From Deltaproteobacteria bacterium (GTDB lineage Bacteria; Desulfobacterota; Desulfobacteria; Desulfobacterales; C00003060), in contig DAOUZN010000001.1 in NCBI GenBank assembly GCA_030665585.1, positions 1 to 43,838 of the forward strand: a stretch of 43,838 bases of DNA, in the 5' to 3' direction. The notes beneath the pieces are model-generated. The model was not told where the DNA came from. It did not search any database and worked only from the letters and a program-made list of their open reading frames with translations. Made by a program: the position numbers and the translations under genes. Positions 8,413 through 15,878 of the stretch are shown here, in pieces (positions within the stretch are counted from its first letter, which is position 1; each line of letters opens with the position of its first letter).

Positions 8413-9729
8413 ATGCCCCAAGCAATTGCTGCTCAGAAAAACGCCGGTTTTCTTGAAAAGCTCCACTTTTTTTCCAGGGAGTTTCTCAACTATTGCGCCT
8501 ACGTTTGCGAAGGTGAGCCTGCCCGGGAGACCTTCACCCAAAGACTGTATGCCCCGATGGTGTCAAGCTCCAAGGTCTTGGAGGACTTCTTGGATTTTCA
8601 CGGGGCGAAAAACAGCTCAGAGTGGTATTACTATAGAGAATTGGTCTCCAGCGTCAGAAACCTCTCAGAAGCGTGTTACTGTCAGAAACACATTTGGATC
8701 CGCTTGCCTTTCTATAACCTCACGGACACGGATGAATTTGAGCGAGCCGGGTATGAGACCCACAAGTTCCTTATCACCTCGCTGCGTGCTATCTGCTTCA
8801 GCGCATTGGCGGAAGCCAGGCGCCTGAACATAAAGCTATCGGTGCGCCCCTTTGTCTGGGAAGATTTTCCGGGCTTGCCTACCGACACCCGCCTTGAGTC
8901 AGACATTGACGATGTGAATTTACGAGAGGAAAAGAAGAATATCGTCAAGATTACCACGGAGTTTCTGAGGGCAGCCAGAGACTTCGAAACGCATGGCTTT
9001 TTTGAGCCTTACAGCATAGATGTGATCCAGACTATTGTCCCCACCAGGTTGAACGAACAGGAAGCTCGGCGATTTGAAATGGTCATCCATAGCCTCCAAT
9101 CGTCCTTTGACACGTATGTCAATAGAAGCGGGCTTCAATTCCGAGACATTGCGCTCAAGAGCTTACGAGGCTATATCTCCATTGTGCTTCACCTCTTGGA
9201 ACTCACGCGTCGGCTCCTCCATTACTATGAGCGTCACCTTTATGAGGTTGGTTACAGGAATACTGCCAAAAAAGTGCGCGATGAGTTGAGCCAGGCCGTC
9301 AACCCTGAACAGCTCCTGGACCGCATTGTTAATTATGGTCTCTATTATGTTTGCCACTTTCTGGTCAGTGGTCAGGACCTCGCTCAGGCGCTCCTGAACA
9401 AGAACGTGGAGCGCGGAACCATTGTGGTTGGAGTGCCCCATGAAATGGGTTTCCACAGTCGCCCCAGCTTGCTGGTGGCCAAGATCGTCCAGCATTATGG
9501 GGGCCAAGTGGAACTTTGTGTAGGCTATGACCGGTTTGACGCAAGGAGTGTGCTCGATCTCCAATGGGCGGGGGGGAAAATCCAGAAAGAGAATATCCAG
9601 GAAGTGGTATTTCAAGGGGACAAGCGTGCCTTGAATGACATCCAGATTTTGGCGGGTGTCAACTATGGCGAAGATTCCATGGGCAAAGGCATTCCACTTC
9701 CGAAAGAACTTTCCTATTTGAAGTCATAG
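8413..9729 (+). CDS. HPr-domain protein with a large unrecognised N-terminal domain
   Basis: AAGGAG RBS, then ATG at 8413. The C-terminal ~95 aa look like PTS HPr, with the active-site context MGFHSRPSLLVAKIV and a Ser46-like ARSVLDL. The N-terminal ~340 aa match no family I recognise. Confidence 0.7.
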   Translation: MPQAIAAQKNAGFLEKLHFFSREFLNYCAYVCEGEPARETFTQRLYAPMVSSSKVLEDFLDFHGAKNSSEWYYYRELVSSVRNLSEACYCQKHIWIRLPFYNLTDTDEFERAGYETHKFLITSLRAICFSALAEARRLNIKLSVRPFVWEDFPGLPTDTRLESDIDDVNLREEKKNIVKITTEFLRAARDFETHGFFEPYSIDVIQTIVPTRLNEQEARRFEMVIHSLQSSFDTYVNRSGLQFRDIALKSLRGYISIVLHLLELTRRLLHYYERHLYEVGYRNTAKKVRDELSQAVNPEQLLDRIVNYGLYYVCHFLVSGQDLAQALLNKNVERGTIVVGVPHEMGFHSRPSLLVAKIVQHYGGQVELCVGYDRFDARSVLDLQWAGGKIQKENIQEVVFQGDKRALNDIQILAGVNYGEDSMGKGIPLPKELSYLKS

Positions 9730-9832
9730 AGGAGACCTTTAAGAGATGTTAGGATTTGTTAAGGTGGGCCGGAGAGGTTTCTTCAAGGGTCTCGGACGAG
9801 CACTATCGTTATAGGCATTTCATAATATCATC

Positions 9833-10564
9833 ATGGACAGATCAAACACGGTTGCCGCCATCATCGTGGCCGCAGGCGAGGGCGTCCGCATGGGGACAGC
9901 TCAGAGAAAACAGTACGCGATGTTAGGAAACCGTCCTGTGCTAACCCGTACCCTGTCGGCCTTTGAAAGATGTGACGCCATAGAAGAGATCTTTCTGGTT
10001 ATACCTGAAGGGGATCATGAGTTGTGCCGGAAGGAGATCGTCAAACCCCTGAAAGCCCAAAAAGCCGTTCATCTCGTTTCAGGCGGTCCCACGAGGCAGG
10101 CCTCGGTCTTCAACGGCTTGAAAACCACGGGCGGTCGCTTTGACCTCGTCACGATCCACGACGGTGTTCGCCCCCTGGTTAGGATTGAACAGATCGCCCA
10201 ATGTGTAAGCGTTGCGAGAAAATATGGCGGCTGTATCCCGGCCGTACAGGCTGCCGACACCGTCAAGAGGGTGGATGAACAGGACCGCGTGGTCACTACC
10301 CTGAACCGCGCCATGATCCGCATGGCGCAGACGCCTCAAACCTTCTATTACCGTCTTATCCTTGCCGCCCATATAGCCGCGCAGGAGAAGGATTATGCAG
10401 GCACCGACGATGCCGAGCTGATGGAGCTGTGCGGCGAGGCTGTGAAGGTCATCCCGGGCGATCCTCACAACATCAAGATTACCACACCTGAAGATCTCAT
10501 GATAGCCGAAGCCCTCCTGAACCGCAAAAGCGAGCGCATTCCCCGTAGCTTGCTGCGGGGTTAG
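9833..10564 (+). CDS. ispD: 2-C-methyl-D-erythritol 4-phosphate cytidylyltransferase
   Basis: VAAIIVAAGEGVRMG...KQY, IHDGVRP and MAQTPQTF. The last ~8 codons (IPRSLLRG) lie inside a REP-like hairpin. Confidence 0.9.
   Translation: MDRSNTVAAIIVAAGEGVRMGTAQRKQYAMLGNRPVLTRTLSAFERCDAIEEIFLVIPEGDHELCRKEIVKPLKAQKAVHLVSGGPTRQASVFNGLKTTGGRFDLVTIHDGVRPLVRIEQIAQCVSVARKYGGCIPAVQAADTVKRVDEQDRVVTTLNRAMIRMAQTPQTFYYRLILAAHIAAQEKDYAGTDDAELMELCGEAVKVIPGDPHNIKITTPEDLMIAEALLNRKSERIPRSLLRG
10541..10560. repeat. REP-like GC hairpin, copy 1
   Basis: CCCCGTAGCTTGCTGCGGGG, preceded by ATT. It overlaps the ispD 3' end. Confidence 0.65.
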
Positions 10565-10608
10565 CGAGCGTATCCAAAAAAAGTCAGCGTTCCTTACGGT
10601 CGAAGATT

Positions 10609-10628
10609 CCCTGTAGCTTGCCACAGGG
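10609..10628. repeat. REP-like GC hairpin, copy 2
   Basis: CCCTGTAGCTTGCCACAGGG, preceded by ATT. It shares the ATTCCCYGTAGCTTGC core with copy 1, whose start lies 68 nt upstream. It sits between convergent ispD and gpmI. Confidence 0.65.
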
Positions 10629-10689
10629 AGCTTCAATGCCCCCTGATGGTCCACGGAACGGGTCACGTTACAGGCATCGTGTCTTGTGC

Positions 10690-12243
10690 CTAGGCCTCGA
10701 TCAACTGGGTTGCCGTCATCTCGGGCGGGATCTCGATGTTCATGAGTTTGAGGATAGTGGGGGCGATGTCGGCGAGTTTACCGCCTGATTTGAGCCTTTT
10801 GCCTTTGGCTCTTCTGCCGATATAGATCAGCTCTACCGGGTTAAGGGAATGGCTCGTCTTGACGCCTTCTGTCTTGGGGTCGATCATCTCTTCAGCGTTT
10901 CCGTGGTCGGCCGTCAGCAGGATGTCAGCGTCCAGATCCAGGAGCCGCTTGATGCAACCTCCAACACACTCGTCCACGACCTCCACGGCCTTGGTCGCAG
11001 CACCCATGTCGCCCGTGTGCCCCACCATATCGCAGTTGGCGAAATTGATGAGAATAAAGGCATAGTCACACCCAGCTTGGACAATTTCGAGAAACTTGTC
11101 CCGCACGTCGTGGGCGTTCATCTCCGGGTGGGAAGCAAAGGTGGCGGGGTCATACTGGCTCTTTATCTCAATCTGATCCTCGCCCGGATAGGGGTGGGTG
11201 GATTTGCCGTTAAAGAAGCTGGTCACATGCCGGTATTTTTGCGTCTCCGCAAGGCGTAGTTGCTTGAGCTCCCGCTTGCTGATCACTTCTCCGAGGAGAT
11301 TTTTCATCCCGCCGCCGGCATCCATGGCCTCAAGGATATAGCGTGGGAACTCGTCGTAGTAGCGCGTAAGGCCAATGTACAGGCAATCGGGTTGCCGGGA
11401 TCGGCTTCCGGGATAGTCCCTCTCCACAAAGGCCACGGAAAGTTGAATGGCGCGATCCTGGCGAAAGTTCGTGTGCAGGACGGAATCGCCGTCCCTGACC
11501 CCGTCGTAATCTCCCACGACGTAAGGCGGGATATACTCGTCAAACATCTCAATGTCGTCCGGTGTCCGGTCCCTGGCGTAAGACTCCCGGACGGCGGCCT
11601 CGGCGCTTTTCGCCTTCCGGCCGGTCGCCCTGACGATGCACTCGAAGGCCGTGCTGGTGAGTGCCCAGTTCTTGGAACGATCCATGGCGTAATAACGTCC
11701 CATGAGGGTCCCCACGCGGCAGCGGCCCACCTGCTTCATGACCTCGTTGAGTCGATCGATAAATTGAAACGCGGACCGCGGTGGCGTGTCTCGGCCATCG
11801 GTGAAGATGTGGACGATCACCTCTTTCACACCACGCTCCCGGGCCGCACCCATGATCTTAAACAGTTGGTCACAGTGGGCATGCACACCTTCATCCTGTA
11901 AAAGGCCCATGAGGTGGAGTCGCGAGTTGTTCTCCTTACAATGGCGTACCAGGGCTTTAAAGTTCTCTGCTTCAAAGAACGAACCGTCCACCATCTCATC
12001 GTTGATCCGCTTAAGTTCCTGTATGACAATCCGGCCCGCACCCATATTCAGATGGCCGACTTCGCTTGACCCCTGGAAGCCTTCCGGCAGCCCAACGGGC
12101 TCTCCGGAGGCGTGGATGAGGACCCAGGGATAATCCGCCAGATACGAATCCACATTGGGTGTCCTTGCCGCCTTGACCGCATTTCCCTCGCTCTCTTCGC
12201 GATAGCCCCAGCCATCGCGGACAATCAATGCAACAGGTTTCAC
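10690..12243 (-). CDS. gpmI: 2,3-bisphosphoglycerate-independent phosphoglycerate mutase
   Basis: MKPVALIVRDGWG, SSEVGHLNMGAGR, MGRYYAMDRSKNW, CDMVGHTG and TADHGNAE. Length 517 aa. Confidence 0.94.
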   Translation of the reverse strand: MKPVALIVRDGWGYREESEGNAVKAARTPNVDSYLADYPWVLIHASGEPVGLPEGFQGSSEVGHLNMGAGRIVIQELKRINDEMVDGSFFEAENFKALVRHCKENNSRLHLMGLLQDEGVHAHCDQLFKIMGAARERGVKEVIVHIFTDGRDTPPRSAFQFIDRLNEVMKQVGRCRVGTLMGRYYAMDRSKNWALTSTAFECIVRATGRKAKSAEAAVRESYARDRTPDDIEMFDEYIPPYVVGDYDGVRDGDSVLHTNFRQDRAIQLSVAFVERDYPGSRSRQPDCLYIGLTRYYDEFPRYILEAMDAGGGMKNLLGEVISKRELKQLRLAETQKYRHVTSFFNGKSTHPYPGEDQIEIKSQYDPATFASHPEMNAHDVRDKFLEIVQAGCDYAFILINFANCDMVGHTGDMGAATKAVEVVDECVGGCIKRLLDLDADILLTADHGNAEEMIDPKTEGVKTSHSLNPVELIYIGRRAKGKRLKSGGKLADIAPTILKLMNIEIPPEMTATQLIEA

Positions 12244-12473
12244 GAGAACTCCTTTTTCCCCACTCGTCCGTTTCCTTTGATTATTGATTGGTTGTTGAGC
12301 CGTGAAGGATCACGCGTAGATGATCTCTCCGGACGGTTAGCACGGCTTGGGCAAAATGACAATATCATTTGTTTTGACAGCGGGTTAGTGGTTTTGATAT
12401 GAATCATCTTGCCCCGATCCTTTAAGACAAGGGATCAGGGGGCGCTTTATATTGCGAGAAGAGGCCTTCAGCG

Positions 12474-12962
12474 ATGCGAGTGGGTTTTGGATACGATCTG
12501 CACAGACTCACACACGGCCGAAAACTCGTCCTCGGGGGCGTGACCATACCCTTTGAAAAGGGTCTGTTGGGTCATTCGGATGCCGATGTGTTGCTCCACG
12601 CCGTGTGCGATGCGCTGCTCGGGGGAGCCGGGTGGGGAGATGTGGGCCGGCACTTTCCTGATACGGATGTCAAATTCAAAGACGTTTCCAGTACAGCACT
12701 CCTGGCACAAACCTTTCAGATGATCAGGGAAAAAGGCCTTTCCGTGAACAACCTGGATGCCACCGTCCTGGCTGAAGCGCCCAGGCTGGCGCCTTATTGC
12801 CAGGCTATGGAGACGCATATTGCCAAGCTGTTGGAGATTGAACCCTCCCGTGTCAACATCAAGGCAACCACCATGGAGGGTGTGGGCGCTATTGGGAAAG
12901 GGGAGGCCATCGCGGCCATGTGCGTGGTGGGCCTTGTTTCACCATCTGAAACCTTTGAATAA
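12474..12962 (+). CDS. ispF: 2-C-methyl-D-erythritol 2,4-cyclodiphosphate synthase
   Basis: MRVGFGYDLHRL...GGVTIPFEKGLLGHSDADVLLHAVCDALLG. Length about 160 aa. Confidence 0.94.
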   Translation: MRVGFGYDLHRLTHGRKLVLGGVTIPFEKGLLGHSDADVLLHAVCDALLGGAGWGDVGRHFPDTDVKFKDVSSTALLAQTFQMIREKGLSVNNLDATVLAEAPRLAPYCQAMETHIAKLLEIEPSRVNIKATTMEGVGAIGKGEAIAAMCVVGLVSPSETFE

Positions 12963-13012
12963 CTGATGAATAATTGATTTGAAGGAAATTCTCCCCCTGT
13001 GACTGACAACGA

Positions 13013-13906
13013 TCAGAACGTCTTAAGGGCCTCATAGTTCGTCCTGCTCTCGGGATCAATCTGCGTGGCCATGTCCAGGTACAAGGCCCTGTGATCCGCG
13101 TCCCCCTGCCTGTCGTAGAAAACTGCAAGATTGAGTAGGACCTCAACATGGTCCGGCCTTTGCGCCACAGCTTTCATGAGGTGGCTCTTGGCCTCTTCAT
13201 AACGTCCCTGAACAAGGAGCACTCTGCCGGCGGTCGCATGGGCATTGAAGCCGGACGGATCTGATTCCAGCAGGACCTTGACGTAACGATTCGCTTCATG
13301 GAAATCCTCGATCTTCTCGGCATACAGGATGGCCAGACGGGTTGCGGCCTCCCTTTCAAAGGCCGGTATCCCGCATGACAGGACAACGCGGAAATTTTCA
13401 ATAGCCTTTGCATACTTGTTCAATCCCACGTTCAGCTTCCCTCGGGACAACCACACACGCGGCCCGGGGAGCTCCTCAGCCAGCAGGTCAATGACGGGCC
13501 GGGCCTCTTCATATCGATCATCCATGAGCAGGATGTCTGCCTTCAGCTGGAGAAGGGGATGAAAACGGGGATATCGGGCTAATGCCCTGTCAATGACCTC
13601 AAGTGCTTGGTCTCCCTGTTTCAGGTAGTGAAGGCACCAGGCACGCTTAACAAAAAGGTCTTTTTGAAGGGGTTCGGGCAATGCCCCGTCTTGACGCAGC
13701 TGCTCACAGATTTTCAGACAGCCATTGAATTCCCCCCGTTCAAAGAGGACACACGCAGCGCGATAAAGGCTTTCGAAAGGGGCTGGCTGTTCACTGACTC
13801 TCGGTCGCGTTACCGGCTTAGACATTTGCCTTCCCAGGAAAAAACCGACCGCCGCAAAAAGCAACACGAGGACAACAACCGCAAGAACGGCTGGACCAGG
13901 ACGCAT
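13013..13906 (-). CDS. membrane-anchored TPR-repeat protein
   Basis: ATG at 13906 gives MRPGPAVLAVVVLVLLFAAVGFFLG, an N-terminal TM anchor, followed by several TPR-like A/Y/L repeats. The tracked ORF extends to 14038, but those extra 44 aa look non-protein-like. Confidence 0.7.
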   Translation of the reverse strand: MRPGPAVLAVVVLVLLFAAVGFFLGRQMSKPVTRPRVSEQPAPFESLYRAACVLFERGEFNGCLKICEQLRQDGALPEPLQKDLFVKRAWCLHYLKQGDQALEVIDRALARYPRFHPLLQLKADILLMDDRYEEARPVIDLLAEELPGPRVWLSRGKLNVGLNKYAKAIENFRVVLSCGIPAFEREAATRLAILYAEKIEDFHEANRYVKVLLESDPSGFNAHATAGRVLLVQGRYEEAKSHLMKAVAQRPDHVEVLLNLAVFYDRQGDADHRALYLDMATQIDPESRTNYEALKTF

Positions 13907-14202
13907 GATCAGTGCTTCGCTGCGCTCTCCGACACTGTTTCTTATGGTCCTTTGCTTGACGAACATGGCAACGGTTGTATGCAACAACCGTGCAAAGTCA
14001 GCCGGGTTCCAGAATTTGGGAACCAAACAGGGGGACATCCTGGCCTATGTAGCCGGGCCCGCCGGATGTCGGTCTGTGCCTGCCCCGTGAAGTTGAAGGA
14101 CCGTTTCACTGGGGTGCGTCTGCGGCAAGAAGGAGGAAAACAGGTCTTGAGGCTGAAGAAAAGCATACGAGGTATGGGAGGGGCGCGAAGACACAGAAAA
14201 TA

Positions 14203-14261
14203 GGCAGCAGGTTGAAAAACTGAAAACTATCCTGACTAAGAGTCAACCGTAGACCCCAAGC
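14203..14261. repeat. 58-bp direct repeat, copy 1 (left flank of TA cassette)
   Basis: GGCAGCAGGTTGAAAAACTGAAAACTATCCTGACTAAGAGTCAACCGTAGACCCCAAGC. It differs from copy 2 by 3 substitutions and a 1-nt indel. It has internal GGTTGA/TCAACC and TTGACT/AGTCAA inverted segments. Confidence 0.9.
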
Positions 14262-14516
14262 CAACATAACAGACCACGCCAACTAGCCGACATTGCACAA
14301 GAAAAGATCATAATTTGTGCCAAACAAGGCCTCAAGACGGCATTTTTGGGCCTGAAATCATCCTTCCATTAAGAAAAAGCAGTACTGCCGTCAGCCATTC
14401 GCGTTGCCCAGGTCGTTGACTTCAAGCCCCCTCCCCAAAAAAGTCTGTGTTCTCTTTACAACCATGACCGTATCTGTCACACGCTTATGCAAAAAGGAGG
14501 AGATCCCATTTCTTGG

Positions 14517-14555
14517 TTGACCTTTATTCGCAGACAGTATATTCTTACTGGTAAG
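14517..14555 (+). promoter_or_regulatory. candidate TA promoter with palindromic operator
   Basis: TTGACC (14517-14522), 17-nt spacer, TATTCT (14540-14545). This overlaps the inverted repeat CTTAC-TG-GTAAG (14544-14555). ACAGTA direct repeats flank it, and AGGAGG lies 7 nt before the ATG. Confidence 0.45.
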
Positions 14556-14583
14556 ACTAACAGTACCGTTTAGGAGGCTAGAA

Positions 14584-14844
14584 ATGCCACGATTGGCCAC
14601 AACGAAAATGTCATCCAAAGGGCAAATTGTCATCCCCGAAGAGGTCCGCAAGCGACTTGGTCTTAAGCCTGGTTCACAATTTGTCGTAGTTGGAAACAAA
14701 GACGTCGTGATTCTGAAGGCGATCTCTCCCCCATCCATGAAAGAGTTTGATGATCTTATTGCAGAAGCGCGCAGACAAGCCAAACAGATTAGAATGAAGC
14801 GGTCTGACATCACTGCCGCCATCTCAAAGGTCCGAGGACGCTAG
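14584..14844 (+). CDS. AbrB/SpoVT-family antitoxin (VapB-like)
   Basis: SSKGQIVIPEEVRKRLGLKPGSQFVV is a swapped-hairpin AbrB-type motif. Length 86 aa. Its TAG stop overlaps the GTG of the next gene by 1 nt. Confidence 0.85.
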   Translation: MPRLATTKMSSKGQIVIPEEVRKRLGLKPGSQFVVVGNKDVVILKAISPPSMKEFDDLIAEARRQAKQIRMKRSDITAAISKVRGR

Positions 14845-15248
14845 TGAGAATTGTTCTGGACACGAATGTTTTTGTTTCTGGCGTATTCTTCAGCGGCCCG
14901 CCATATGAGATTCTCAGAGCTTGGAGTCATGGTAAAGTCCAGATAGTGATGTCAGAGGAAATATTAGAGGAGTACCGACGCGTTGGGGAAGAGTTATCAG
15001 AACAATTCCCAGAGGTGGATCTGGAGCCGATGCTCGCATTGCTAGTCACAGAAGGACAAATCTGTTTGCCGACAGAGTTGCCGGGGCCGGTTTGCGATGA
15101 TCCTGATGATGATAAGTTTCTAGCTTGTGCAGTTGCCGGCAAGGTCAAAGTTATTGTCAGTGGCGACAAACATCTTTTGAAGGTGTCAGGATACCGGGGA
15201 ATAGACGTGTTGAGACCCAGGAAATTCCTGGATCAATATATGACGTAG
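14844..15248 (+). CDS. PIN-domain toxin (putative ribonuclease)
   Basis: MRIVLDTNVFVSGVFF ... EEILEEY ... DDPDDDKFLACA ... VIVSGDKHLL. The acidic PIN residues are present. Translationally coupled to the antitoxin. Confidence 0.85.
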   Translation: MRIVLDTNVFVSGVFFSGPPYEILRAWSHGKVQIVMSEEILEEYRRVGEELSEQFPEVDLEPMLALLVTEGQICLPTELPGPVCDDPDDDKFLACAVAGKVKVIVSGDKHLLKVSGYRGIDVLRPRKFLDQYMT

Positions 15249-15358
15249 AGGTAATAGAGGGGGTGTAGACTGTAGGGATTTTGATTTGAAGAGGTACAGT
15301 TCTGTTAGCACTATATTGCAGCGAACGAAAGCTGAGATATCAAAAGACCGGAAGCTTG

Positions 15359-15416
15359 GGCAGCGGGTTGAAAAACTGAAAACCATCTTGACTAAGAGTC
15401 AACCGTGACCCCAAGC
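15359..15416. repeat. 58-bp direct repeat, copy 2 (right flank of TA cassette)
   Basis: GGCAGCGGGTTGAAAAACTGAAAACCATCTTGACTAAGAGTCAACCGTGACCCCAAGC. It is itself enclosed by the 9-bp inverted repeat AAGCTTGGG (15352-15360) / CCCAAGCTT (15410-15418). Confidence 0.9.
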
Positions 15417-15731
15417 TTTGCCCCTTTTGAGCGAATGGGAAAGAACCTTTCCCCAGGTAAAAATCTTTTGCGCCGATCCTAGAAAAGAACCTTTTCCTAG
15501 TGGCGTTGCGCAAGTGGCAGGCTCGCAGGTGTCCGGGGCTACCTTCGGCCCAGGTGGGCGGAAGGTATTTCAGGCGATGCACGGAGGGGTAGCACCCCAT
15601 TTCAGACCTCTTTCGACGGTCGAATAAATTGAACCTTTTTGGCTTTGGGTGTGGGGGATAGTGTGTGGGACGGCCTATCGGCCAACAGAAAAGGGGTTCG
15701 CCGGCATGGGTCGACCCCTTGATTTTTTTTG

Positions 15732-15807
15732 TGGTAGTCCCAACGGGAATCGAACCCGTGTCTTCGGCGTGAGAGGCCGATCTCCTAGACCGCTAGACGA
15801 TGGGACC
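15732..15807 (-). tRNA. tRNA-Glu (anticodon CUC)
   Basis: The reverse complement reads GGTCCCATCGTCTAGCGGTCTAGGAGATCGGCCTCTCACGCCGAAGACACGGGTTCGATTCCCGTTGGGACTACCA. Anticodon loop CTCTCAC, T-loop GGTTCGATTCC, encoded CCA. Confidence 0.92.
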
Positions 15808-15878
15808 GCCTTGTCGTCTCTTACTGATCTATTGCTGGACACCTATGATCAATGACATGCTCGTGTACAGAGCACAGT

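Noticed and set aside
7868-8541. Three minus-strand ORFs (7868..8230, 8064..8360, 8137..8541) and the plus-strand ORF 7947..8144
   Set aside because: They all overlap rnpB. The region is explained by the RNase P RNA conserved blocks.
14203-15416. Integron gene cassette with attC sites as an explanation for the repeats flanking the TA pair
   Set aside because: The repeat ends read GGTTGA...TCAACC (GTT at the 5' side, AAC at the 3' side). That is the opposite of the attC R''(RYYYAAC)...R'(GTTRRRY) arrangement. Neither end fits the consensus exactly, and no intI or attI is present in the window.
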